Assembly (NCBI RefSeq): GCF_964194155.1
Contig: NC_135899.1
Location: forward strand, 21,514,001 to 21,578,000
Reading direction: 5' to 3'
Source: Cetorhinus maximus
Lineage: Eukaryota
DNA length: 64,000 nucleotides
Shown: in pieces, positions 26,301 to 38,574 of the stretch
How positions within the stretch are numbered: the first letter of the stretch is position 1
Layout: each line of letters opens with the position of its first letter
Made by a program: the position numbers and the translations under genes
Notes under the pieces: model-generated
Told to the model about the DNA's origin: nothing
The model's input: only the letters and a program-made list of their open reading frames with translations
Database searches by the model: none

Positions 26301-26475
26301 AAGAATGTAAAGATGAAAAACTGCGAATGTGTAGCCTGCACTTGGCCTGCATGTGCGCTGGAACTTTAAAGATTGTCAGGACTTGGAATTCCCAACCTCT
26401 GTTCCTGATGAGCAGGTAAGTTTGGGTTTCTTAAGAAACCACTTACGACCAAATGCCCCAGAGTTCTCCATTACT
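23387..26475 (-). mobile_element. Gypsy-type solo LTR (reverse orientation) split by a LINE-B insertion
   Basis: Starts TGTTATGG; ctcgccttggaattgtctccaaac (~25760-25785) is the reverse complement of gtttgggagaagattccaaggcgag in LTR 46916-48180; right end uncertain. Confidence 0.6.
23657..25620 (+). mobile_element. LINE-B, ~2 kb 3' portion
   Basis: KAMGPDNI-like, ALDIKEAFDRVWH, GVPQGSVIGP, MFTGDC, WADKWQ motifs; tail gcccacatcccatgaatg. Confidence 0.92.
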
Positions 26476-26479
26476 ATCC

Positions 26480-26885
26480 ACTGGCAGCACAGACCTATTA
26501 AAGGTTGTAGGACAGTGATATACAGTCCGGAGGGAGTTTCCTTGGGAGCCCTTAACATTGACCCCAGACCCCATGATGTCTCATGGCATCGTGTCAAACA
26601 TGGTTAAGGGATCTTACTGCTGATTACCCCTCCCACCCTCCCCAAAGTGATGAATTAGTATTTGTCCATGTTGAAAATTACTTGGAAGAAACACTAAGGT
26701 ATCAAAGATACAGAATGTACTCTGGATGGAGGACCTTAGTCCTTATCACCAAGAGTGCCTTGGTAGCACGACAACTGACTAAGCTAGCTGAGTTCTGGGC
26801 CTGTGGCAGGCGATGAGGGAACTAACAAGAGGGAAAAATCTATTTGATCACGCCCTGACAATTTTTCTGTCACAAATACATCTAT
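26480..26885 (+). mobile_element. LINE-B AP-endonuclease fragment
   Basis: Inverted near-copy of 28380-28800. Confidence 0.8.
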
Positions 26886-27283
26886 TGCCCAACCCTAGTA
26901 GCCCTTGAGAAGGTGGTGATGAGCTGCCTTCTTGAACTGCTGCAGTCCATTTGGTGTAGGTACACCCACAGTGCTGTTAGGAAGGGAGTTCTAGGATTTT
27001 GACCCAGTGACAGTGAAGGAATGGCCGATATATTTCTAAGTCAGGGTGGTGAGTGACTTGGAGGGGAACTTGCAGGTGCTGGTGTTCCCATGTACCTGCT
27101 GCTCTTGTTCTTCTAGATGGTAGTGGTCGTGGGTTTGGAAGGTGCTGTCAAAGGAGCTTTGGTAAATTCCTGCAGTGCATCTTGTAGATGGCACACACTG
27201 CTGCTACTCTGCGCCGGTGGCGGAGGAAGTGAATGTTTGTGGATGCGTTGCCAATCAAGCGGGCTGCTTTGCCCTGGATTGTC
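26885..27283 (-). mobile_element. LINE-B 3' fragment
   Basis: gcccttgagaaggtggtgatgagctgccttcttgaactgctgcagtcc, as at 16150. Confidence 0.9.
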
Positions 27284-27284
27284 C

Positions 27285-27520
27285 TTTAATTGCCTTGGTC
27301 CCAAGCTCTTGAATTCCCTCCTTAAACCTCTCTGTGTCTCTACTTCACTTTCCTCCTTTAAGACACTTAAAACCTACCTCTTTGACCAAGGTTCTGGCCA
27401 TCTGACCAATATCTCTTCATGTGGCTTGTTATACATTACTTTATTATGCTTCTGTTAAGTGCCTTGGGATGTTCCACCATGTTAAAGATGCTAAGTAGAT
27501 ATAAGTTGCTGTTGTTATTG
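27285..27520 (+). mobile_element. L2 3' end
   Basis: PKLLNSL...SFKT.LKTYLF, then gtgccttgggatg...aagatgct...ataagttgctgttgtt tail. Confidence 0.75.
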
Positions 27521-27853
27521 CTGTGTCCACTGCCTACAGACATTTCTCCACATCACATGGAGTGAATTCAATTGGCTGAAAAGTGGCTTCTGTGATGTTG
27601 CGAACCTCAGCAACATGCAAAGCTGGATCACCCACTCCCCGCTTCCAGCTTAAGATTGTTGCAAATGCTTCAGACTTGCCTTTTGCACTGCCATGCTGGG
27701 CTCCCCCCTCATTGAAGATGGAGTTATCCATGCAACCTCCTCCTCCAGTTAGCTATTTAATTGTGCCCCACTGTGGATGACTGTTTCGGGCAGGATTGTA
27801 GAACTTTGTCCTGATCCATTTGTTTTGGAATCAGATAGCTCTGTCTATCACAT

Positions 27854-27964
27854 TTCTACTTCCCTTTAGCTCTGAAGAAGTGTCATATGGACTCGAAACA
27901 TTAACTCTGTCTTTCCCTCCACAGATGCTGTCAGACCTGCTGAGTTTTTCCAGCACTTTTTATT
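27854..27964 (+). mobile_element. 111-bp PLE-terminal element inserted into LINE-B
   Basis: 14-bp TSD tctgtctatcacat at 27840-27853 and 27965-27978. Confidence 0.88.
27868..27906 (+). ncRNA. Minimal type-I hammerhead ribozyme motif
   Basis: AGCT-CTGAAGA-A-GTGTC-ATATG-GACTC-GAAAC-ATT-AACT: canonical CUGAnGA and GAAA cores, with stem mismatches. Confidence 0.72.
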
Positions 27965-28802
27965 TCTGTCTATCACATGCTGCTTCGGCTGTTGAGCATG
28001 CATATGGTCCTGTAGTTATGCAGTTGTAACTTCATCAGTCGGCACCTTGTTGTTAGGTATGACTGGTGCTGCTTATAGCATGATCTCCTGCACTCCTTGT
28101 TTAAAAAAGGCATGGTCCTCTGGCTTGCTGCTAATACTAGAATGAAGGAATATGCTGGGCCATGAGGTAACAGATTGTGGTTGAGTATAATTCCATGGCT
28201 GCTGATGGTGCACATTGTCTCATGGATGACCCCCAGTACTAAGCCGCTGGGTATGCTCTGAGTTTATCCTATTTAAAACAGAGGTACTGCCACATAGCAT
28301 GGATCATATCCTCATTGTGAAGATGAAACTTTGTCACCATCAGGACTACGTTGTGGTCACTCCTACCAATATCAGCATTGACAGATGCATTTGCGGCAGA
28401 AAGATTGGTCAGGGCACGATCAAACAGGTTTTTCCCTCTTGTTAGTTTTCTCACCACCTGCTGCAAGCCCAGCCTGGCAGATATTTTCTTCAGAACTCAG
28501 CTAACTCAGTCAGTAGTGTTGCTACCAAGGTGCTTTTGGTGAGGAGGACTAAGACCCTTCACCCAGAGTACATTCTGTGCCTTTGATACCTTAGTGTTTC
28601 TTCCAAGTAATCTTCAACATGGACAAATACTAATTCATCACTTCAGGAAGGGTGTTAGGTGGTAATCAGCAGTAAGTTCCCTTAACCATGTTTGACATAT
28701 CATTAGACATCATGGGATAAAGGGTCAATGTTAAGGACTCCCAAGGCAACTCCCTCCCATCTGTATATCACTGTCCTACAACCTTTGGTAGTCTGTGCTG
28801 CG

Positions 28803-30057
28803 AAAGATAAACCATGTTTACCCAATTTATTGAAGTTCTTTGAAGGAGTCACATGTGCTGTGGATAAAGGGGAACTGGTGGATGTACTGTACTTAGATTT
28901 CCAGAAGGCATTTGATTAAGTGCCATATCAAAGGTTATTGCAGAAAATAAATGATATCGGGGGTAACATAGTGGTGTGGATAGAAGATTGGCTAGTTAAC
29001 AGGAAGCAGAGAGTTAGCATAAATGGATTTTTTTCTGCCTGGCAGAATGTGATGTGTGCTGTGCCACAGGGATCAGTGCTGGGCCCTCAACTTTTTACAA
29101 ATTATGTCAATGACTTGGAAGAAGGGACTTAAGGAATGGTTGCTAAGTTTGCTGTCGACCCAAAGATAGGTAGGAAAGTAAGTTGTGAAGAGGACATAAG
29201 GAAGTTACAGTGGGATGTAGGTAGGTTAAGTGAGTGGGCAAAGATCTGGAAAATGGAGTATAATGTGGGCAAATATGAAATTGTCCACTTGGGCAGGATG
29301 AATAAAAAGGAAGCTTATGATCTAAATGGTGAGAGATTGCAGAACTCCGAGGTTCAGAGGAATCTGGGTGTCCTAGTTCACGAATCACAAAAGGCTAGTA
29401 TGCAGGTACAGCAGGTAATTAGGATAGCTAATAGAATGTTATCATTTATTATGAGGGGAATTGATTACAAAAGTAGGGACATTGTGCTTCAGTTGTACAG
29501 GGCACTGGTGATACCACAACTGGAGTATTGCGTATAGCACTGGTCTCCTTATTTAAGGAAAGATGTAAATGCATTAGAAGCAATTCAGAGAAGCTTTACT
29601 GGACTAATACCAGGAATGGGTGGGTTGTTTTATGAGGAAAGGTTGGACAGGTTGGGCTTGTATCCACTGGAGTTTAGAAGAGTGGGAGGTGACTTGTTTG
29701 AAACCTTTAAGATCCTGATGGGTCTTGACAGGGTGGATGTGTAGAGGATGTTTTCCCTTGTGGGAGAATCTAGAGCTAGAGGTTACTGTTTAAAAATAAA
29801 GGGTTGCCCATTTAAGACAGAGATGAGAAGTTTTTTCTGAGGGCTTTGAGTCTTTGGAACTCTTCCTCAAAAGCATAGTTTTTGAATATTTATAAGGCAG
29901 AGCTAGATTGATTCTTGATTAACAAAGGGGTGAAAGGTTATTGGGGGCAGGCAGGAATGTGGGGTAAGTTTACAGTCAGATCAGCCATGATCTTATTGAA
30001 TGGCGGAACATGCACAAAGGGCCGAGTGGCCTACTGCTCTTAATTCGTGTGTTCATA
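28803..30057 (+). mobile_element. CR1 LINE 3' 1.25 kb (same subfamily as the 7606 copy)
   Basis: CLPNLLKFFE, YLDFQKAFD, VPQGSVLGPQLF, KFAVDPK, LYRALVIPQLEYCV, plus 3' tail. Confidence 0.95.
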
Positions 30058-30184
30058 AGTTGAAGGTCAGCATGCATAGGGGTAATATGGGAATGGGACT
30101 TGCATTGAGATAAGATATGGGCAGTAGAGTTTACAGAGGGTAGAATATGGGAGAACAGCCAGGAGTGCGCCATAAGATTCATCA

Positions 30185-31010
30185 TAAGATCTGAAGTGGG
30201 GTTGTTCACTTATGATTGTGTAATGTTCAGTACCTTCATGACTCCTCAGATACTGAAGCAGTCCATGTCCACATGTTGCAAGACCTGGACAACATTCAGG
30301 CTTTAGATGATGTATGGCATGAGTGTTACTTGCCACTTAAGTGCCAGGCAATGACCATCTCCAAGAGAGAGGATTTAACCATCTCCCCTTGACATTCAAA
30401 ACAATTACCATCATTGAGTCCCCCACTATCAACATACTGGGGGGTTGCCATTTGCCAGAAACTGAACTGGACTAGCCATATAAATATGGTGGCTACAAGA
30501 GCAGCTGAGGGTCTAGGAATTCTGCAGCGAGTAACTCACTTCCTGACCCACCAATGCCTGTCCATCACCTACAATGCGCAAGTCAGGAGTGTGATGGAAT
30601 ACTCTCCAACTGCCTGGATGAGTGCAACTCCAACAACACTCAAGAAGCTCGATACCATCAAGGACAAAGCAGCCCATCATTGGCATCCTTTTCATCACCT
30701 TAAACATTCACTCCCTTCACCACTGATGCAAGGTGGCAGCAGAATGTGCCATCAACAAGGTGCACTGCAGTAACTCACCAAGGCTCCTTCAAAAGCACCT
30801 TTGAAAGCTGTGATCTCTACCACCTAGAAAGATAAGGGCAATAGATGATTGGGAACACAAGCTCCACCCCAAGACTCTCACCATCCTGACCTCAAACTTT
30901 ATTGCGATCCCTTCCTTGTCACTGAGTCAAAATCCTGGAGCTCCTTTCCATAACAGCACTATTGGTGCACCTGGTGGATTGCAGCAGTTCAAGATGGCGG
31001 CTCACCAAAA
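30185..31010 (+). mobile_element. LINE-B RT/3' fragment
   Basis: QKLNWTSHIN, YNAQVRSVMEYSP motifs. Confidence 0.88.
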
Positions 31011-31011
31011 A

Positions 31012-31530
31012 CTGGTTGAGTGTTTCAGCAGCATATGAGCTGAGACAGAGGAGAAGGTGAATTATATTATGGAATTGGAAAAAGGCAATCAGAGGTTAAG
31101 CTCAGGATCAAATGTGACACCAAAGTTGCTAACTGTCTTATTTTGGACTGTTGCCACGGAGAGGGATAGAGTTGGTAGATATGGAATTATCTAACAATTT
31201 CTTCAGTCTTAGCAATGTGTAAATTGGAGGAAACTTCTGCTCATCCAGTACTGGACACATGTGTTGGATGTGCAGTTTGATAATTTAGCAACAGTGGAGG
31301 AGTCAAGCAAGGCGGTGAGTAGTTCTGGATGCCATCAGTGTACATGTGAAAACTAACATTGTGTCTTGGTATGAGGTTGCCAAGGGGCAGTATGTAGGTG
31401 AGAAAAAGTGTGCCAAGGATTGTTCCCTGGAGGATGCCTATGATCATGCTGCAGGAGCAGGAACAGAAGCAATCGAATGTGCTACTCTGCTTCTGTTTAG
31501 ATGGATAATAATGGAACCATTTGAGAGCAG
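31012..31530 (-). mobile_element. L2 RT fragment
   Basis: GILQGTILGTLFLTYILPLGNLIPRHNVSFHMYTDGIQ (PQGS and YADD equivalents). Confidence 0.85.
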
Positions 31531-31544
31531 ACACAGCAAAGATT

Positions 31545-33880
31545 ATGAGGCCTGATAACATTCTGACTGTAGTATTGAAGACTTATAGTCCTGAGCAAGC
31601 CATGCCCCAAACCAAGCTGTTCCAATATAGCTTCAATAACAACAATGTGGAAAATTGCCCAATGTCTCCAGTCAACAAAAAGTAGGACACAACCAGCGTC
31701 ATGAAAATTTAATAATTTTCATAATGTTATTCTGCTTTATTGTAAAGGTAGGTTAATAGTGGGGTTTGGATTAGTTTCTCTGTGTGGATGTGTGTGTGTG
31801 GTGGATTTAACTGAATTTGAGACAGCTAGTCTGGAGCTTTTGAGTGATCAAAAGGGGAGCTAGGTTTGAAATGCTAAATACATAAACATGGCTGACGTTT
31901 TAGTATGTGAGGTGTGAGGAACATTTGCATCTTTAGATAAACCAGAGTCGTGAATTTCAAAGAGATGGTAAAATGTTTAACCTAGCCAAAAGAGGCTAAG
32001 CCAAACTGTGTGTTTATTTTTCCCAAAGATTACTGATAAAATGAATACTATGGACGATTTATATTAGGGAAAAAGTTGCAAAGACATATTGGAACAATGA
32101 AATTTACAATAAAGAGGGCAAAACATATAAAGGAGATGAGGTTATGTGTAAGGAAGAAGGAATTCTAAGATCTAACAGTGTGAAAAGCCTCCAGCCTCTC
32201 GGTATCAAGTTGCTGTCTACAGGAACCGAAGCTAAGAAAACTCACTATGAATACCACTGTCTAGGGTATTGTGTGCTTTGCCTGGGCCTGTTGAAATTTA
32301 TTCATTTTTTCTATGCCTTAACAGAGGTGTAACTGGGAGTCAGGTTAATTTAGGGAATTAGGAGTTATTTAGTAGTAATTTGTAGACCTATTTATTTGCT
32401 TAAAATCTTTTCTTCTATTAATAAATGTTTAATTTAGTTTTGTAAAAATCCTCAAAGCCTCAGTGGACTTATTACTTTTGAATTCAAGGCACGCATCTCG
32501 AAATACAAATTGCAAAGCAGTTGTGGCAGCTGTTTCAAGTTCCCCTCTGGGATTTGAGCAGCTCAGCATTTACCATCTGCGGTGCCATAACACCAGTCTG
32601 GACAAATACTGCCTATCGGTCTACCCTCGATCATCAGCAAAGCGATGGAAAGTGTCATTGACAGTGCTATCAAGTGACTCATTCACAACAATAACAGTTT
32701 GTGTTCTGCCAGGGCACTTGCTCCTTGATCCAAATATGGTCCAAAGAGCTGAATTCAAGAGGTGAGGTGAGAGTGACTGCCCTTGGCATCTAAGTAGCTT
32801 TTGACTAACTGTGATCTCACAAAATTGAAGTTAAGAGGAAATCGGGGGAAAACTGGCCACTCAGTGAAGTTAGATGTAACACAAAGGAACAGAATTGTGG
32901 TTGTTGGAGGTTAGTCATCTCAGACTTAAGGCACCATTGTTGGAATTCCCCACGGTTGTGCCCTAGGCCAAATCATCTTCAATGGTTTCATCAATGACCT
33001 TGCCTCCAACATAAGGTTACGATTGGGGATGTTCACTCATGATTGCATGATGTTCAGTACTATTCATGATTCCTTTGATATGGAAGAAATCTGTCTCCAT
33101 ATGAAGCAATATCTGGACAACATTCAGGCGTGGGCTGAGAAGTGACAAGTAACGTTCATGCCATGCAAGTACCATCTCCAGCAAGAGAGAATCCAATCAT
33201 CTTCCCTTGACATTCAATGGCATCACCACCACTGAATCCCCCACCATCAACATTCTGGGGAGTACCACCGATCAGAAATTGAACTGCACCAGCCAAACAA
33301 ATTCTGTGACTACAAGAGCTGGTCAGAGGCTGAGAATTCTGTGGTGAGTAGCTCACCTCCTGTCACCCAAAGGCTGTCCACCATCTCCAAGGCAGGAGTG
33401 TAATGATATATTCTCCACTGTCTGGATGAGTGCAGTTCCAAAAACACTCAAGAAGTTCAACACCAGCCAAGACAAAATGGCCTGCTTGATTGGCACCCTC
33501 ACAATAGCTGAAACATTCACTCCCTCCACCACTGACACAGTGGCATCAGTGTGTACTACATGTAAGATGCCCTCACCAACTCACCAAGTTTCCTTTGGCA
33601 ACACCCTTCAAACCTGCGGGCTCTACCACCTAGATGGACAAAGGCAGCAAACACATGGTAACCACTAATCCACACACGATCCTTATTGGCACCATTCCTT
33701 CAGTGTCCCTAGCTGTAAATCCTGGAACACCCTTCCTACTGGCACTGGGTGTACCTACACCAGATGGGATTCAGCGGTTCAAGAAGGCAGTTCAATATCA
33801 CTTTCTCAAGGGAAATTAGAGATGGGTAACAAATACTGGCTTTGCCTGTGATATCAATATCTCTTGAAAGAATAAAAAAA
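31545..33880 (+). mobile_element. Degraded LINE-B interrupted by a solo LTR
   Basis: gtggaaaattgccc...ggacacaaccag | tctggacaaatactgcc is continuous across the LTR; tail at 33780-33880. Confidence 0.85.
31697..32592 (+). mobile_element. Gypsy-type solo LTR (896 bp)
   Basis: cGTCATGA...CCATAACA termini, 4-bp TSD CCAG (31693-31696 and 32593-32596), TATA-like catataaa near 32124, AATAAA at 32420. Confidence 0.85.
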
Positions 33881-33889
33881 GGCTCACAG

Positions 33890-36620
33890 TTTGATGTTCT
33901 CTTTCATGTTGCTGTCATTCTATAAACTCTTATTCAGCATGGACTCAACAGCTACAGCTCCTGCAATGCCCAGGTTGATTTCAGCATTAAATTACAGATT
34001 GCTGGTGCTTGTGGAGCTTAGGTATTTGAAGTTATCAACAGTCTTCGGCATCACATTGTCAGTGCTGATTCATGGTGGTATGGCAACGCCTGGACCATGA
34101 TATTTATCTCCATGATGCTGATGGTCTAACCAAACTCTGCACAGGTGTTCCTCAGTATGACATACTTGTGTGGCAACATCACAATTGTAATTGCTGCAGT
34201 CACCCTTTATCTTTTACAGGGTCACAATCTTTGCCTTACGCATACCCTGAGGCACCACCACACCCCCACCCCACCAACGCTCCAGATGAGACAGAGATGT
34301 TTTTGCAGATGCTGCAGGAGTGCCATTTTTTTCCTTGCTCGATGAATTCAGGTGGTATAGCATTGTCATCTGGAACTTTGCCAATGGCAAGCGGGTCAAT
34401 AGCTTTGCTAAGTTCCTCTGCTGCAGGTTTGATATCCAGCTGTGCCATGAAAGACAAGGCAAAGTGCCTAGAGCTCCATCAGTGATGCTGTTCTTCTTAA
34501 AGTACAACTCAGGTTAGTGTTCCACCCATTTCTTCAACTCTTTATTACAGTCGATGTTGACCTTGCCTGCCTTTGTTTTCAGTGGAGCTGTTTTCTTTGC
34601 TGATGGACCTGTTGCCTGTTTGATCTTATTATACATGCCCCTAGCATTCCTGTGTTGGAGGACATCTAGATATTCTGAAAAAGTTATGCCAGTTGTCATT
34701 GGTGCACCGTATAGTTATCTGTTGGACTTTACTTTGAGCAGTTTTTTGTGCATTCAGTCGCCTCGTCCAGACCTCTCGTGATTAATGACAGCGAATTACA
34801 TGTCTTGAAAGACATACAACAATGTTAATCTCGAACCAGTCAGAGTTTTTTTTTCACTTTTGCTCCCTGTATGTTCAGAACACTGTCTTGTAAATGGCTC
34901 CCCAAAACATGTTCTATTTCACTTTTACACTCTATGAGAGAATGCCGGAGAACAGCTGTTCAATGAAATTCAGGAATGGTTGGTTTGCATCTGGGTAAGA
35001 AATATGGCTGACGTTGATACGAGGAAGGCCTTTCTGCTTTGAATGATAAAGCTTCAAGACTGGCAACCTAACTTGACTGAATACCAGGGAGTGATCTGTA
35101 TTATAGCCAGTGCTGTGGTAGCTGTGTGTGTGGAGACTACGTCTGGTGTTGAGCAGCTCCAGCTGATGCCAATGCTCTGATTCTGAATGCCTCCAGGATA
35201 CCTTAGTTGGTTTGTTCTGAAAGAAAGTGTTAGTTACACCAAACTTGTGGTAGTAGCAAAGCTCAAGAAATCTCTAAAGATAAAAACAAAAAACTACTGC
35301 GGATGCTGGAAATCCAAAACAAAAACAGAATTACCTGGAAAAACTCAGCAGGTCTGGCAGCATCCTGAAGGGTCATGAGGACTCAAAACGTCAACTCTTT
35401 TCTTCTCCGCCGATCCTGCCAGATCTGCTGAGTTTTTCCAGGTAATTCTGTTTTTGCTCAAGAAGTCTCTATCCATTTTAATTTATTTTTCCCAAGCCAT
35501 TATATCCAGATAGGAGGGCCATGCCTCATGGTCCATGCCCAAACTTGACTTGAAAGCCCAAAGATGTAAAGACTTCTATCTTGAGGATTCTGCTGATAAC
35601 AGTGTCAATCTTCTCGTAGAACTGCTCTTTCATCACTGTAGTGGAGCAGAGTGTAGGAGTAAAGGAGGTTAGCTGGCTCTTTTTGAGTTGAGAGGCGGAG
35701 GGAGAGAACATTTGTCAGGGTCTCTATCACCAACAGGAGTGAGTTCCTTATAGCAAAGACTGCATGCAACTCATTCTTTTCTTCTGAACTCTTTCCCTGA
35801 TAGATGAACGTGGAATATTTTTCTTTTAGTAGCCCACACTCCGTGAGCCTTGTCTTTTGTAGGGAAGCTCTGTCAATATTCAGCAAGTCAAGTTCCATGT
35901 TGATCACAGCTGTCCTGCAGGCATTATTGACCATCTGCAAGTCATCTGTCAGTCTTGTGCACATGTTCTGACATTCTAGCTTTCCAATGAAGAGTTGGCA
36001 TCTTTTGTTTCATTTATTTAATTTTTTTCTGCCTGGTGCTATGGATTAGTTCCACTTTTTGAGGAAGAACACTAAGTTCCAAGCACCCATTGAAGCACAT
36101 GAGCCGGAGCAGATCAGCAGCTTACTAGTTGGGAGCTGCCCAGTTTGAGGTAGGTCTTAGCTGACCAGTCGAATGCAACGGTCCTTCTCACCATCAGAAT
36201 CAGTCATAGCACCCATTTCCTAGGCCAATCAAGTTGGGCTTATTGCTCATAACTCCCATCTCTTGTGTCGTGTTAATGGTCTGCAGCCAAATTGGAGTGT
36301 GCTGTCTTGGCTGCAAGCCTGGATGAAGTTTGTGGTGACCCTGGGCTGCCCAAATTTCAGGGTCTCCCCCTCAATCTTTCCCGTTGGGTCCAAAGGAATG
36401 AAGAGCAATATATTTGGCAGCGGCTAGGTTGCAGAAGTTGCTAGAAAGATGACATTTAGACAACAATGTGCCTTTGGGTTCCACGCCAGATTTTTGTCAG
36501 GGTTTATTTCTTTAACCTTCAACCCTGCCCACATATCCACAAGGCAGGGGAGCTATTTTCCCATAGTTGGGAGTTTGGTTCATGAGTGCCAGGGCACCCA
36601 TAGCCGGTGAGCCTGCAACC
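33890..36620 (-). mobile_element. RTE-clade LINE, internally deleted
   Basis: WNVRTCAQ/MCTRLTDDLQ...INMELDLLNIDRASLQKTRL (RTE APE), KEQFYEKID, RGMYNKIKQATGP, ELSKAID..GKVPDDNAIPPE. Confidence 0.88.
35277..35455. mobile_element. PLE-terminal fold-back element containing a hammerhead remnant
   Basis: Inverted arms aaaaacagaattacctggaaaaactcagcaggtctggcagcatc / gatcctgccagatctgctgagtttttccaggtaattctgttttt; loop carries gaagggtcatgaggactcaaaacgtcaact; 16-bp TSD gctcaagaa(a/g)tctcta (35261-35276 and 35456-35471). Confidence 0.88.
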
Positions 36621-38110
36621 TGAAAGTGTAGGTGTCAAGCCTTCTCCAAATTCTTCAGGAGCTTTAGCCTGGGCTGCGAGGGACATTTTTGTGAGTCACC
36701 ACCAGGAGGCCTAGAAGAGGGACTGAATAAGAGGGGCTTGGGTGCCTAGGGTGAGTTCCACTTTCAGAAGATGGCAGCCTTTCAACTTTAGGGCCCGCCT
36801 TCAGAACATGGCCGATAATATATTGGCTGGGGCTTATTAATTTCCATAACAGGTTTGAGGCTGTCATCCTGCCCAATCTGTGTTGGAGGGCCAGCCTCCG
36901 AGGTAATATAGAGGGCCCCAGGCACGGGACAGTGTCAGAGGACCCAGTAAATGCAGAATTGCTTCAAACTCTGCAGGATAATTTGTCATTGAGCAGTTTG
37001 CAGGCTTCTAAGGTGAGTGCATTTTATTCTGAGTTCTGCTGCCTCTGGCACTGATCAGAGGTGGCATTCTTTTTTTAATCTGAACAAGTTAACCACTTAT
37101 ATGCATAGAGGAGTTGTCTAGTTGTTGCATGCTTCCCTCCAGAGATGTCAGCACCATTGGAGCGAGGGGAGAAGAAGGGGAGGAGGACCAAACCAGCCCC
37201 TAGATGCAGTGAGGTCTCCCTCAGAGCCCTCCAACATGTACTCTCCAACTGATGTGAGCAGCTGATGCTTACCCCTGGTAAGAGGAGGAAGTCGAGACAG
37301 GTGTGCAGCCTGGGGGTGAGTGGATGAGGAGGTCAGCAGTGTTGGGCTGGTCAGAAGGAAATGGTTCCAATGCCAGAAAAGGCTCAATGACCTATTGAGG
37401 GTGGCCAGCGTGAGTATGGCCTCAGGATCTGCAATTTTGTGCCAGTGTGCTCAGGACATTCTTGCGAATGCAGGAGGAATGTCACTTTGGCTGGAGGATA
37501 CAAGAATACAGCTGTCTTAGACAATGTCATTGTGCATTTAAAGCTTTGGTCCAGTTATAGGGTGGGTGGTTGGCAGAATGAGCATATGACAGATGAACAC
37601 AGCATCCAGGCTGGCATGCACTTAGCTAATAATGGTTAGGCAGCATGCCATAAAATAATCTGAAACTGTTAATGAGTGCACTCTTACACTTATTTTCAGG
37701 AGGAACGTGACCACAATTCCTATCTCTCTGTCATACTTTATAGCCCTTGGAGATGGCCGGGGGCAAAATATACATTCAGCAGCTGAGAAAAGGCCTCTAA
37801 ATCATGATTTTAAAATGGATAGTCTGCTCATTCCAATAAGCACTGCCAGCAGTAACAGACCCATTAACTGCTGAGCTGAGACTCGGGGCTCAGCTGTAGC
37901 TTTTAAACCTGCCCTAACAAGCTGCCCCTTAAATGTGGAACCACACACAGCATGAATCTGACTCTAAAGGTGTATTATTCACACCGTATTATTGCAGTCA
38001 ACTGGGTCATTAACAACCTTAAATACACTATTAATTTACATCTACACAATGCAGGCAGGGTTCCGACTTTTAAACCCACCCACCTGCTTTTAAATACAAA
38101 ACTGGCATGA
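36620..38110 (+). mobile_element. Harbinger-derived element carrying a Myb/SANT exon
   Basis: ATG 37145 MSAPLERGEKKGRRTKPAPRCSE...EEVSSVGLVRRKWFQCQKRLNDLLRVAS|GTGAGT (37410), acceptor ttttcag at 37699 then EERDHN; outer boundaries uncertain. Confidence 0.7.
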
Positions 38111-38574
38111 TGCTGTCAGAAACGCCACCTGATGTCATCACGCCCGATAATCCGTCTCTGGATATGGGGAACTCTCCCAATCTGGGAGTGTATTCTGCTC
38201 GAGCAACCTGCTGATAGAAAAGCTCTGTACTGACAGGGAGGGACTCATGCATTTGGCTCTCCTTTCTGCATTGATGCTAACCATTGTTGTGGGCTGAAAG
38301 TGAGAAGCAATCTAGTAGACAACAAACAGGAAGCATGCTAACTCTTTATACCTGTGCACTAGATCATCAAATCAACCTATTTATACAAAAATCTCTTTAA
38401 TATGGCTCAAAGAGCAATAGTCAAGTATCATCTTTATTGCAAATTGGAACCTAAACATCTTATAAAATGTCATGAGGTTAAACCAAAAGTGTAGTTTTGA
38501 CTGAGATTCCTTTTTCCCTTTCAGAGCAAAAACAAAGTCATTATGACAGGTAAACCAAATTTTTAACATTTTCC

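Larger units (their letters stand above)
27525..28802 (-). mobile_element. LINE-B 5' (APE) region
   Basis: QQVVRKLTRGKNLFDRALTNL...IGRSDHNVV APE motifs. Confidence 0.85.
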
